Below, one piece after another: positions 37,612-47,727 of a DNA stretch of 64,000 bases (the stretch's first letter is position 1; each line of letters starts with the position of its first letter). The translations under genes and the position numbers were made by a program. The notes beneath the pieces are model-generated. The model was not told the DNA's origin. It did no database searches and was given only the letters and a program-made list of their open reading frames with translations. Location of the stretch: IMG/VR virus record IMGVR_UViG_3300032782_000001, positions 244,404-308,403 of that record, one strand, 5' to 3'. Origin of the DNA: a virus.

Positions 37612-38943
37612 TTAGGAACGTCTGTTTGCATTTTCGTAGGACACTGTAGTGCCTCGGATTTCACGTTCATCCGGAATCGAAGCAGCTTCAGTAACCATCG
37701 GAGTAGCATTACCCTTGCCTGGAATTGTATATCGCGTCTGAGGGGCTACCAGTACAGAAGTATCAAGAACTGGAACTTGATATCGAATATCTGACTCATC
37801 AAACTTGGACACATTGAAGAACTGTGCGAGTTGCATGCCACGGTTACTGGGCATCCGAACTGGTCCAACAGCATATCTGTCGCCGTTGAGTTTTACAATG
37901 AAATCTCGCTGAGAAATAAGAGGGCTCGGTAAAGCCCAAACTTCATATGAATGTTCAACCGTACGACCACGAGCACTTTGAGCAATAGACTTAGCGGCAT
38001 CATCTGGAGAGATATCGATGTCATACGGACCATCATACCCACCGATTATTCCTGTGCCATAACAAACAAGACAATCTGCACTAGGTTGTCGGTGCAGACT
38101 GGAATAACATCCACACTTTGGTCCTGCGGCCCGGCGGATCATTAATTTGACTCTCTCGCCGCCTTGTTCCAACATCCAACGTTGGCGGCGAATAGCTTCA
38201 CGCCAAATGTAATCGAGCTTCTCAATTTCAAAATTATTCGCTATGGCGGCATCTTCTAAACGTGTTTCGAGAAGCTGGCCACTATCCGCATCATAAGCTA
38301 CGGTTGTGATACGATAGAAAATGCGTTGAGCAAGAGTAGTAGGAACTTGATTTGACAAGTACCTGTACGTAGCCAAAACGATGGAGTTAGGGTCTTTTGG
38401 TAAAACAGCATTCGTTTGAATTTGACTAGCTACATCAAACGTAGGCTCGCGACGAAGTTCCACTTCCCCTCTAGTCGCGTTTATGGATTCAACAAACGCA
38501 GGAACCCCATCAACGGTTACTTGAACATTCAAATTTGTAATATTGGCAGATCCGGGAGAAGGATATATGACGATCGGATTATATCGAGTCCGAAACTCGT
38601 AACGTCCGTCTCCGTCTGAGCTAGGTCCACGAAAGAAAAAATTTTTAGAAACATCTTCCTGGAGAGCTAGGACAGTCCTCGTACTATCACGCCAATAAGC
38701 TGCGCCTACGGGGACAGTATTAAGACGCTCATATGGGCCGTACTCGGAGTCAAAACTCCTGTAAATATTGACCCCTAAAAGATCGAATCGAGAATTCGCT
38801 TGTAATTCTCCCGGCAGGGTCCAGCGAATGTCGAACGTCTCTTTTAGAAAACCTGAAGATACGAATATATTCAGTGGGGGTAGAGGTAAAGCAGGTGAAT
38901 CCTGCTCCAGAATCCCAATTTTCCTGTCCGGCGGGAAAGGCAT
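37612..38943 (-). CDS. Structural protein carrying the repeated beta-sandwich domain (443 aa)
   Basis: RYEFRTRYNPIVIYPSPGSANITNLNVQVTVDGVPAFVESINATRGEVEL parallels the repeats of the 1557-aa protein. Confidence 0.5.
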   Translation of the reverse strand: MPFPPDRKIGILEQDSPALPLPPLNIFVSSGFLKETFDIRWTLPGELQANSRFDLLGVNIYRSFDSEYGPYERLNTVPVGAAYWRDSTRTVLALQEDVSKNFFFRGPSSDGDGRYEFRTRYNPIVIYPSPGSANITNLNVQVTVDGVPAFVESINATRGEVELRREPTFDVASQIQTNAVLPKDPNSIVLATYRYLSNQVPTTLAQRIFYRITTVAYDADSGQLLETRLEDAAIANNFEIEKLDYIWREAIRRQRWMLEQGGERVKLMIRRAAGPKCGCYSSLHRQPSADCLVCYGTGIIGGYDGPYDIDISPDDAAKSIAQSARGRTVEHSYEVWALPSPLISQRDFIVKLNGDRYAVGPVRMPSNRGMQLAQFFNVSKFDESDIRYQVPVLDTSVLVAPQTRYTIPGKGNATPMVTEAASIPDEREIRGTTVSYENANRRS

Positions 38944-38962
38944 ATCCTACCGGATTGTCTAA

Positions 38963-39274
38963 TTAAGAGCCGGTGGGAGGTTGAACAGGAACGTTATGCT
39001 GAGCAGAAGGAACAGGTTTCAAAATCACAGTAATTTGCGAACCATCTGGTGAAATCATCAGTTTGCCTACAGTTTCCGGTTCTACCCCAGCATCTTTCAA
39101 GATTTTGGCGAACACGGCTTGCTGATGGACATACAAAGTTTGGAGTCCTGATTCTACTTCTCGGTAATGCAACAAGGCCTTACCAAGTGAAACGGACTGA
39201 TTGGCGATAGAAGCACCGGCTTGATTGAGCTCATCCCGGTTGCTTTGTGAAATTTCGAAGGTCTTGGTCTCCAT
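38963..39274 (-). CDS. Hypothetical protein (103 aa)
   Basis: ORF track. Confidence 0.35.
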   Translation of the reverse strand: METKTFEISQSNRDELNQAGASIANQSVSLGKALLHYREVESGLQTLYVHQQAVFAKILKDAGVEPETVGKLMISPDGSQITVILKPVPSAQHNVPVQPPTGS

Positions 39275-39283
39275 CGAGGAACT

Positions 39284-40633
39284 CTACCGACCTTTGCGCC
39301 GACGCGGAACTTCTTCAACTTCAGGTTCAAGTTCTTCTTCAGGAGAACCCATATCGTTGATGGCACATTCAATTTTGATGGGTTTTACGTGAACACCAGT
39401 AGGTTCTAGATGATATTCACGGGCCGTCACCGTCACACCAGTCTTAATGGCGGCCACAAGTTCCGTTCGAAGTTTCTTCAGAAGTTTCTGCTTCGGAACC
39501 ACGCCTTCGAAATCAGCCGTGAGGGATAGTTCCACTTGACACGAATATTCAGTGGAAGGGATGAGCATGTCCTCCGTCACAACAGGTTGTGAGGTGCGCG
39601 GGCGGGGTCGTTTGGGCGTAGGACGTTGTCGTTTCCGACGTGCAATACGAGCGGCCGCACGGCGAACGTCCAAGGAGGTTTGCTCCAATTCTTCTGCAGA
39701 ATCCAATTGCATGGGTTGCAGGAACCCTGCAATTTCATCTCCCAATTCCCCACCTTTCATATCATTGAAAGATTGAAGAACAGCAACTTTGGAACCCGGC
39801 GGAACAATCACGTAGAGATTATTCGAGTCCCAGTCCACGCTTTTCGCGCCAGCCTGCATAAGTTCCAAGTCCACAGCGTCTTGAATGGAACCATCATCTA
39901 TAGCCAGCAGGTCATTTGTAGAACCAGATGACTGGAAAACTAAAACAAGGTCATCTTCCAACGATGCAATAAGAATACGTAGTTTGGTACTGAGAAGATT
40001 CAGACTCGGCTTCTCGTAAGATTCAACGCTCGTTGCGATCTTCTTAAGAATTTCTGAAACACGAATAGGACTCGTAGAGCCAGCAATGGCTTTCCCTACA
40101 TTATCATAAGCTCCGTTTTGTAGAACGGGGTAATCGAATTCTACCTTTTTGACGGGAACGCCCATGACTAGATCAGGAACATGATGAGCAGTAGCTCCCT
40201 TCGGAACGTATGCTTTCACAAGAGGTGAGCCGTCAACATCGGATGACGGATCTGCCTGAATCCCTGGACATTGTTGCATCAAATCTCGAGCGGCCATTAA
40301 AGCGACGTAATACTTACCTTTCTCTGAAGAATAAACGTGTTTCAAAAAATCCGAAGAAGGACGAATAGAATGAGTCTTGACATAATGGGAAAGACTGGAA
40401 GGCCAAACCCACGTGCCGTCCGTTAATTCTTGGTGGCTACCAATCCGCGAACCGCAGAGTCGACAAGAAACAAATTCACGATAAGTATTTCGGATTTCGC
40501 CCGAGTCTAAATAAGCCGAGACTGTACTCCGTTCGTTAAAGTTCCAGTCCAGATCCACGAGATCCAAAGGATCCGGAAGCTCCGGTTCCGAAGCAGAATG
40601 CCAGAAACCTACTTTGAGCAGAGATGAGTCCAC
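39284..40633 (-). CDS. Hypothetical protein (449 aa) with basic RRKRQRPTPKRPRPR segment
   Basis: ORF track. No motif recognised. Confidence 0.45.
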   Translation of the reverse strand: MDSSLLKVGFWHSASEPELPDPLDLVDLDWNFNERSTVSAYLDSGEIRNTYREFVSCRLCGSRIGSHQELTDGTWVWPSSLSHYVKTHSIRPSSDFLKHVYSSEKGKYYVALMAARDLMQQCPGIQADPSSDVDGSPLVKAYVPKGATAHHVPDLVMGVPVKKVEFDYPVLQNGAYDNVGKAIAGSTSPIRVSEILKKIATSVESYEKPSLNLLSTKLRILIASLEDDLVLVFQSSGSTNDLLAIDDGSIQDAVDLELMQAGAKSVDWDSNNLYVIVPPGSKVAVLQSFNDMKGGELGDEIAGFLQPMQLDSAEELEQTSLDVRRAAARIARRKRQRPTPKRPRPRTSQPVVTEDMLIPSTEYSCQVELSLTADFEGVVPKQKLLKKLRTELVAAIKTGVTVTAREYHLEPTGVHVKPIKIECAINDMGSPEEELEPEVEEVPRRRKGR

Positions 40634-40730
40634 ACCCGAGAAGCTTATAGAAGGCTCCGGGCTGTATAGTTAGAGGTTACCATGATCCCCATAGAGCGAA
40701 AATTTCGAAGAAGAGGAGGTATGGGGATCC

Positions 40731-41345
40731 ATGGGTTGCAGCGTTTGTGGAAAGCCGGGCCATAACCGTAGGTCGTGCAAGAAGACTTCGTCTGAGAAGC
40801 ACCAGACCGTATCCACTCACAAGACCGAGGTAAACGGAGTAAGTTCTAAGGTCGAACCTGAACACGTTCAAGAGACGGCTCCCGAGACGGCTCCCGAGAC
40901 GGAATCGGTAGCCACTGAACCTGAAGAGAATCTCGAAACGAAGTCCTCGGTGGAGGATGAAGACGAGGAAGAATCGGAGTCTTCCGACCTGAAGATCCCC
41001 ATCGGACAGGGACTCGATGCAATCGTTTCGCTGCCTGTTTGGCTGACGGAAGAAGAGAAGCGGAATGCGATGGCCGCCGTCGGTCATGCCGCTTATAAAA
41101 TGGCAGAGGTAGGTCTTCAGGATCCGGAAGAACCTGTGATCCGTACTGCAATGGCTGTCTTGAACTATGCGCTCAAAGCGAGCATTGTGTTGAATCATTT
41201 CACCTTCAGGGCAGAAGGTGATGGTCAAGTTTGGCTCGGAACGGGAAAGACGCGGAAGGAAGCCCTGACCAGTCTGATCAACAATATGTTCCCTACGCGG
41301 CTCGCACGCGAGTGTTTCAAGCGGTCAGTCTGGCGATTGACCTAA
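40731..41345 (+). CDS. Zinc-knuckle (CCHC) protein with acidic linker (204 aa)
   Basis: N-terminal GCSVCGKPGHNRRSC knuckle, identical in type to ORF 12405-12830, then a Glu/Asp-rich tract. Confidence 0.45.
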   Translation: MGCSVCGKPGHNRRSCKKTSSEKHQTVSTHKTEVNGVSSKVEPEHVQETAPETAPETESVATEPEENLETKSSVEDEDEEESESSDLKIPIGQGLDAIVSLPVWLTEEEKRNAMAAVGHAAYKMAEVGLQDPEEPVIRTAMAVLNYALKASIVLNHFTFRAEGDGQVWLGTGKTRKEALTSLINNMFPTRLARECFKRSVWRLT

Positions 41346-41356
41346 GAAACGAAGTT

Positions 41357-42256
41357 TCAGATCCCGAGGAACCTGCGAGGCGTGAGCGCTCCGCGGCCTA
41401 CTGACGGACCGAAACTGCTACGAATACCAATCCCGTACCTGGACTGCTGGAGACCGCGGATGATTTTCACGGTCTCCTTAGCGGCCACAACCATCTCAGC
41501 AAAACGAGATTGAGCGTCATTGGCCATCCCCTGATATTTGGCACTCTTTTCTACATCCAGTGAAACTCCGCCAATAGAATAAGAGAATTCATCAGCCACC
41601 CAATTCAAGGCCAAGGCATTGATGGCATGAACCATTGCTCCAGTGAACAGAAGAGTTCTCCAGTCTCGATGTTCTGAGATGAGCTTATCAAGAGTGTCGT
41701 AAAAAGTTTGCGGGGCATACATGTTTATGGCGTCGTTTGAGACGCGCAGAAATTCTAAAAGTTCGCAATCTTCCCAAAGGTATCCAAATACCCGCGTGAA
41801 TTTATTGACCGATTCTTCTCCGGCTGGAGGCAAAAAATGATAATTGCGGCCCGGGTTGTTATCCCGGAGCATGATCCGGAGACCTCTGACCAGGTCAAAT
41901 TCAACCGGCGTAATACCTGGAACAGAAATTACCTGAGTAGAATTCTCGACGATCGAGAATTCTTGAACCACTTCCACTTGTTTCGAATTGACAAGTTCTC
42001 GGAAATACCAACGAATTCGATATGAACCAATATTGGCGTCGATTGGAATAATGAATGAAGCAAAATATTCACCGACCGATGGATTGAATGGCTTCCGGTT
42101 TGGAGGCGGTAAGAGAACTTCCACCCCCGCCGTGTTGTCAAAAATGCTGTAAGAAATTTCTGAAGCGTTTTTCGGGCTTCCGTCTTTGGCTTTCAGAAAA
42201 ATATTCAATCCCTGAGAGCGAGACAGTTCTTGACCACGGCGGAAGGTGACGCTCAT
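41357..42256 (-). CDS. Hypothetical protein (299 aa)
   Basis: ORF track. Confidence 0.45.
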   Translation of the reverse strand: MSVTFRRGQELSRSQGLNIFLKAKDGSPKNASEISYSIFDNTAGVEVLLPPPNRKPFNPSVGEYFASFIIPIDANIGSYRIRWYFRELVNSKQVEVVQEFSIVENSTQVISVPGITPVEFDLVRGLRIMLRDNNPGRNYHFLPPAGEESVNKFTRVFGYLWEDCELLEFLRVSNDAINMYAPQTFYDTLDKLISEHRDWRTLLFTGAMVHAINALALNWVADEFSYSIGGVSLDVEKSAKYQGMANDAQSRFAEMVVAAKETVKIIRGLQQSRYGIGIRSSFGPSVGRGALTPRRFLGI

Positions 42257-42258
42257 TT

Positions 42259-42990
42259 TCAGGCCTCTTCGAACGGATTCCTACCATACTTCTTGTCGAG
42301 GACGCTCTGATAAGCGGCCCCTCCACTCATACCTGCAAAAGGAGGAGTCCCGTGAGGATTGTCACTGATTCCGCGAACTTTCTTATCAATTGGTCGTTCT
42401 TTGCGCGTGAAACCATAACCTTCCAAGTCAGCTTGAATCTCACGAATGGGAGTTTTCGTAGTTTCATTAAGATTTTTCAAATCGATATGATCAAATTCTC
42501 CCATTTCATTGTCGTATAGATATTGAGCGAAAGTGTCAACATCCGCATATTCAGGCTCCGAAGAATCCCTCTCTACAGGCTTTGAAGGACCGGGAGGGTT
42601 AGAAGATGGCCTCTTCGGAGGCTCTGCTGGCTTTAGGTGTTTCCGAGCTTCTTCATCACTCTTATAGGGACTCTTCGATTCCGGGACACGCTTTATTGGC
42701 TTTTGGGGAGCCGCCGCTTTGGCGTGTTTGGCAGCTTCAACCTGTTCGAGGCGCTTGTTGGCTTCTTCTTTGGAAGGATAACAACCACCGCTCCAGTCCG
42801 GATTGTGTTCGGACTTGACACAGTATCCCTTCCCCTTCTCTTTCTTGACATACGAGACGCTCTCCATTCCGGCAATACGGAGCGCCACCGAAATCAAATC
42901 AAATGGGGAAGAACCGAACCGAGGCTTGTGATGAAGAACTACCTCAGTCCGGGAAGCGATTCGGATAGCAATGTCCTTCAGTTCCATCAC
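42259..42990 (-). CDS. Hypothetical protein (243 aa), Lys/Pro-rich centre
   Basis: ORF track. Confidence 0.45.
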   Translation of the reverse strand: MMELKDIAIRIASRTEVVLHHKPRFGSSPFDLISVALRIAGMESVSYVKKEKGKGYCVKSEHNPDWSGGCYPSKEEANKRLEQVEAAKHAKAAAPQKPIKRVPESKSPYKSDEEARKHLKPAEPPKRPSSNPPGPSKPVERDSSEPEYADVDTFAQYLYDNEMGEFDHIDLKNLNETTKTPIREIQADLEGYGFTRKERPIDKKVRGISDNPHGTPPFAGMSGGAAYQSVLDKKYGRNPFEEA

Positions 42991-43044
42991 GGATGACTTG
43001 AGATAAGAGGCGGAAGTCGGGATAAAGAAGAAGTATGGAATTCT

Positions 43045-43689
43045 ATGACAGCGACCAGTCCGGGGCTCGGCTCGTGGTGGATGTACCCCATGAAACCAGC
43101 TCGAGTCACGGAAGCCGTCCTATCATCCATCAACCCATCCGACTACTTGATGGAAAAGAAGTATGATGGATGGAGGGCTATCCTAATTGTCAGTCATGGG
43201 ATTCCCGAATTATGGACCAGGGAAAGGCGACGCATCGAGATGCCGACGAATCTCGACAACCAACTCCGATCGCTCAAGCTTCCAGAGGGCACTGTCCTCG
43301 ACGGGGAAATCTGGAACCCTGAGAAGAGGGGAGGGTGGAAACACGCCAAAGGCGTTGAATGTCAAATCACCTTTTGGGACGCCATCCGAAAAGGAAATCA
43401 AGATCTTAGTCGGAATCCACTCGAAGAGCGAAAAGAACGACTTCGGAATCTAGTATCTCCCACTGATTGTGTGAAAATCGTGGAAGACTTTCCGGCAACT
43501 GTAAAATCAATCGCTGCCGCAAGGGCAGAGGCAATTAGCGCCCGAGGGAATGCGCGTTCTGGATTCGTACATGGAGTGGTGATCAAACGTCGAGAGTCCC
43601 CCCGGCGTGATCACGCCACTAAGTCCCATGAACATTCGGATTGGATGAAAGTGGTTTTCGACGGCATGTCAGGGTGGGCGCCTAGGTGA
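43045..43689 (+). CDS. Minimal ATP-dependent ligase-type nucleotidyltransferase (214 aa)
   Basis: Motif I EKKYDGWRA (KxDGxR), motif III VLDGEIW, motif IV HGVVIKRRES, motif V-like WMKV. No OB domain. DNA versus RNA ligase versus capping-type cannot be decided. Confidence 0.45.
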   Translation: MTATSPGLGSWWMYPMKPARVTEAVLSSINPSDYLMEKKYDGWRAILIVSHGIPELWTRERRRIEMPTNLDNQLRSLKLPEGTVLDGEIWNPEKRGGWKHAKGVECQITFWDAIRKGNQDLSRNPLEERKERLRNLVSPTDCVKIVEDFPATVKSIAAARAEAISARGNARSGFVHGVVIKRRESPRRDHATKSHEHSDWMKVVFDGMSGWAPR

Positions 43690-43931
43690 AATTCCACGAA
43701 TGGAAAGACACTGGGATCAGAGCCACCGATTTGCGCTCCTTCGGACGGTCGAAAAAGAAAATGTCCCGGTACGAGTGCACGAAATGTGGACTCGTGATGA
43801 ACATTTCAGATGTCGATATTCAAATCGAAAAGAAAAACCCCGGGCATATCCACACCGTCGCTAAGGAAACAGTTCAGTCTGATTTCCAAGACTGTGATCT
43901 CACAATCGTGGCTATGGTGATGAAGACTTAG
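43686..43931 (+). CDS. Small zinc-ribbon protein (81 aa)
   Basis: CTKCG...H.H. ATGA overlap with the ligase-like gene. Confidence 0.35.
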   Translation: MKFHEWKDTGIRATDLRSFGRSKKKMSRYECTKCGLVMNISDVDIQIEKKNPGHIHTVAKETVQSDFQDCDLTIVAMVMKT

Positions 43932-45421
43932 CCGTCGTCTTTCGCCAAAAGAGGCTTCAGCCCGGCTGCCTTTCGGAATTCATCTTCCACCCATTGACGA
44001 GCTGAAACTATATCTTCAGATGAAAGGCGCTCATGTGACACCCAAGAACGATATTCACCTGGGGTACCTTTGTATAGAACAACATCTTTGGAAAAATCCA
44101 ATGATGCCTTGTCGAATTGAATGTTATGCTTTTCAGGGGATTCGAAAATAGGAGTACCTTCATACGGAGTCGTAATCGAAACATCCGCGTCATCAAGGCC
44201 CTCTTGAGCCATGAGGACAAGCCAATTTCTGAGTGCAGAAATAGTTTCAGGAGTCTCACCGGGAAGACCAACTTGAGTGAAGACTTTAGGGCGGATCCTG
44301 TACTTCACACAGAGACGGACAAACGCCGTGTTATCCTCAACTGTTGCACCTTTCCGAATATCGCGGAGAATCTTCGGATCCGCGGCTTCTGCGCCAGTAC
44401 ACATTTGAACGCATCCGGCTTCCGCCATAGACTTGAAGATAGAATCAGTTGTTAAGTTCTTCCCATTCTTGAAGAAAGCCCTCCAGAGAATTCCTTCTTC
44501 CTTTAACATTGGAAGGAATTTGCTCATGAAATCTGGCCTCAAGTTGATTTCATCATCGTAAAACATGAAAGCCCGCCATCCGTACATCTCACGGACATGA
44601 CGGATCTCTTCACGGACTTTCTCTGAAGATTTCGCTTCGAGTTTCCGATACCCATCCCAGTGTGAACAATAGGTGCACGCAAAAGGACAGCCGGTAGCGC
44701 TTACAATAGAAGTAGCCCGTTCTCCACCCACGAGATAATTGTAACTTTTGAGGTCAATAAGATCTCGAGCCGGGAGAGGCCATCTGTCATTCTGATAGAC
44801 GACACCGTCATGCATTAAGTGTGAAGCTTCTTCCTTGGAAAGACGGCTGGGTAGTTTAATGATGCGTTCATTCTGTTCCCAACCAATTTCGCAATTATCC
44901 TTGAGTATGCGCAACTGGTTGGTCTTTCTACTAAGCTCTGGTTTATTAGCGAGTCGCTCAGTAGAACGAGATATTCTGTTCAACAATTCGATGAAGCCAG
45001 GCTCCCCACCACCACCACCTTGATCCGAGACTACGACGTAGTCAAACGCGTCGTCGAGACACCTGGACGGTGCAGTGTTGGCATGAGGACCTCCAATAGC
45101 AGTGATGCATTTAGGATTATGGGTCCGAATGAAAGCATTCAGTTTTACAACTTGAGGATGTTGCGCAGCAAGAGAATAGAACCCAACGAGATCCGCGTCT
45201 TGAGCCATTTCCCAAAGGTATTTTTCAGCTTCATCCATGACAGCGTCATAAGACGCGTGAACAATCTCAGGATGTCGTTGCTTATACCCAGTCAGGTCAG
45301 CTACTCGGATTTCATGACCGAGTTGCCTCGCCACTGCCCCGATTTGGAGTGGACCTAAGAAGGGAAAGGCCCTGTCATCAAGGAGAAAGGGGGAGGGAGG
45401 AATAACAAGACAAATCCGCAT
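43928..45421 (-). CDS. B12-binding-domain radical SAM enzyme (class B, 497 aa)
   Basis: N-terminal Rossmann-like B12-binding region followed by ATGCPFACTYCSHW (CxxxCxxC). Confidence 0.65.
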   Translation of the reverse strand: MRICLVIPPSPFLLDDRAFPFLGPLQIGAVARQLGHEIRVADLTGYKQRHPEIVHASYDAVMDEAEKYLWEMAQDADLVGFYSLAAQHPQVVKLNAFIRTHNPKCITAIGGPHANTAPSRCLDDAFDYVVVSDQGGGGGEPGFIELLNRISRSTERLANKPELSRKTNQLRILKDNCEIGWEQNERIIKLPSRLSKEEASHLMHDGVVYQNDRWPLPARDLIDLKSYNYLVGGERATSIVSATGCPFACTYCSHWDGYRKLEAKSSEKVREEIRHVREMYGWRAFMFYDDEINLRPDFMSKFLPMLKEEGILWRAFFKNGKNLTTDSIFKSMAEAGCVQMCTGAEAADPKILRDIRKGATVEDNTAFVRLCVKYRIRPKVFTQVGLPGETPETISALRNWLVLMAQEGLDDADVSITTPYEGTPIFESPEKHNIQFDKASLDFSKDVVLYKGTPGEYRSWVSHERLSSEDIVSARQWVEDEFRKAAGLKPLLAKDDG

Positions 45422-45436
45422 TTGTCTTCCATCGAA

Positions 45437-46564
45437 TCATGAACGACCTAAGGAAGACATACGACGATTCAAAATGCCTTCCAGGCGTTTGCAATTGGAT
45501 TCCCAAGTATATTTCAAAGCCCTTTTCCTGGATTTACGAACTATTTCCTGACGGTATCCTTCTTCTCGTAAGAGCCGAATTACTTCATCCGTAAACGTGT
45601 CAAGATTATTTTTAATATCAGGAATCGTTATCGCGGCACCCCCGTAAAGCTGACCAAGCGCATCTACATTACTCGTAACGACAGCGGCCCCCGCGTAACA
45701 GGCTTCCAATATCGTATTAGAGAATCCTTCAGTCCAACGAACAGGATCACAGGGGTACGCCAAAACTTGGGCTTCGCTCATTTCACGAGCGATCCTCTTG
45801 CGACTCACAGATTTGAAGTGTTCAATACCGTGTCCGCGAAGCCTTTCTACTGCTTCGCTGCAGTATAAGGCTCGATGTTTCTGTTCATGTAAAGCGGGTT
45901 CTGCATGGAAAGGGATTGCTTTCATGGCAGCTACCCACGGATCAAAATTATAGAAAATTCTTAGGACAGCGTGAGGGACTTGACGACGAATATGAGGCCA
46001 CTGCTGAAGAAGTAAATGTAACCCACGATCAGGGGATGAAGCGTAAATTACGCGACCCGGAATCTTAGCACATTCATCAAATGCAGACGGGTCCATCCCG
46101 TTATAGAAAGATTCCCATTTATTATCGGGAACGGCCGGTGCGCATGTCTTGAGGTATTCCGTGTGGGTCTCACTGAGACCGCCAACAACATCCACAAATG
46201 ATTCCCAGCCCGGTTTGCAATACCCGAAATCATTAAGTTGTTGATCAACAACCCGGAGGGGTCCCGGAGCTACCCCGTGGATGAAATCAGGATTCATCCA
46301 CGCCATGATCACATCAAATTGATTTTTATCTGAAGATGTGTAGGCATCGAACGGGCGAATCAAAACACCGTTCCATAAAAACCTGTCAGGAGTATTGACT
46401 GTAACTGTGAAAATTGTAACTTCATGACCCAATTTTGCCATACCCTCAGCATAGCAAAAACATGAGACTTCGGAACCCGTGAGACCTCGATCGTCTTCAT
46501 AGAGACGGGTGAAATCGAAAGGTCTTCCAATACAGAATGACCCGAAAACGAAAGCAATTCTCAT
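45437..46564 (-). CDS. GT-B fold glycosyltransferase (375 aa)
   Basis: RVIYASSPDRGLHLLLQQWP and ILEACYAGAAVVTS...ALGQLYGG. Paralog of the next gene. Confidence 0.55.
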   Translation of the reverse strand: MRIAFVFGSFCIGRPFDFTRLYEDDRGLTGSEVSCFCYAEGMAKLGHEVTIFTVTVNTPDRFLWNGVLIRPFDAYTSSDKNQFDVIMAWMNPDFIHGVAPGPLRVVDQQLNDFGYCKPGWESFVDVVGGLSETHTEYLKTCAPAVPDNKWESFYNGMDPSAFDECAKIPGRVIYASSPDRGLHLLLQQWPHIRRQVPHAVLRIFYNFDPWVAAMKAIPFHAEPALHEQKHRALYCSEAVERLRGHGIEHFKSVSRKRIAREMSEAQVLAYPCDPVRWTEGFSNTILEACYAGAAVVTSNVDALGQLYGGAAITIPDIKNNLDTFTDEVIRLLREEGYRQEIVRKSRKRALKYTWESNCKRLEGILNRRMSSLGRS

Positions 46565-47727
46565 TTACCGACTTTCGTTGCAATGGCGTCATGAAGAATT
46601 TTCTCTAATCTATCCGTGAGGACAGGCCAACTATGTTTCTCAGCAAGAATCTTAGTGTTATCAGTGGCCTCTTTCCGGAATGAAGACTCTGTAAGAGATC
46701 TGATGACCAATTCCGTCCATTCTTCTAAGTGGTCTCGGACTGGACTACGAACTATCGTCTTCACGCTTCCACCGTAGACTGATCCAAGAGCGTCAACGTC
46801 GGTAATTACCGGGACCGCACCAGCTGCGCAAGCTTCCATAATAGTAACGGAAAAGCCTTCCGTATAAGTAACAGTATCACATGGATACGCAAGCACGAGT
46901 GCCGAAGCCATCTCTTCTGCCATTCTGAGTCGGCTAATGCTTTTGAAATGTTGAACATCAGAATCTTTGAGCCTGTTGAATGCCTCACGAATATAGTGAG
47001 CACGATATGCACATTCACGAACATGAGGATGATGGGACGGATCTTCACATGGGAGAAGATTCTGAATCCAGTCATCGAAATTGTAGAAGACGCGAAGATT
47101 AGCTTCAGGGACACGGCGTTTGATCAAGGGCCATTGTTGAAGCAACCAATGAAGACCACGGTCAGGAGAGGAAGCGTATAGAACTCGTCCGGGAACTTTG
47201 TCTATGATCGGATAAGCAGTTGGATCACACCCATTTGGGAGGACAACCCATTTGTGGCCGTTCCCGTATTTTCCAACCATATGACTAAGATGGGCGGAAC
47301 AAGGGCTAGAATAAATATCAACACAAGAATCAAAACCGGGTTGACAGTATGTAAAATCATTAAGTTGCTGATTGACGAACCTAACCGATTTGGCAGGTAC
47401 GCCACGAAGGTTGTCAGGCTCATTCCATGAAAGAACGGCGTCTTCTGTCCAACCTGTCCTGGTATCTGACCAAGCAGAAATTGGAAATATCCTTATCCCT
47501 GACCAGTCCAGACGTGAAGAGGAACTTATGGGGGCGAAAAGTTTGACCTCATGGCCTCGTAATGCCAGTTCTTTGGCAAAACTAAAACATGAAATTTCAG
47601 ATCCTGTAAGACCTCTCGGATCCTCGAAAAGACGCGAAAAGTCAAACGGACGGGGTCCGCAAGCCCAAGAACCATATACGAAAGATAGTTTCACGTTAAT
47701 TTGGGGTCTACGAACTCGCGGAACCAT
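46561..47727 (-). CDS. GT-B fold glycosyltransferase, tandem paralog (388 aa)
   Basis: RVLYASSPDRGLHWLLQQWP and IMEACAAGAVPVITDVDALGSVYGG. Confidence 0.55.
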   Translation of the reverse strand: MVPRVRRPQINVKLSFVYGSWACGPRPFDFSRLFEDPRGLTGSEISCFSFAKELALRGHEVKLFAPISSSSRLDWSGIRIFPISAWSDTRTGWTEDAVLSWNEPDNLRGVPAKSVRFVNQQLNDFTYCQPGFDSCVDIYSSPCSAHLSHMVGKYGNGHKWVVLPNGCDPTAYPIIDKVPGRVLYASSPDRGLHWLLQQWPLIKRRVPEANLRVFYNFDDWIQNLLPCEDPSHHPHVRECAYRAHYIREAFNRLKDSDVQHFKSISRLRMAEEMASALVLAYPCDTVTYTEGFSVTIMEACAAGAVPVITDVDALGSVYGGSVKTIVRSPVRDHLEEWTELVIRSLTESSFRKEATDNTKILAEKHSWPVLTDRLEKILHDAIATKVGK

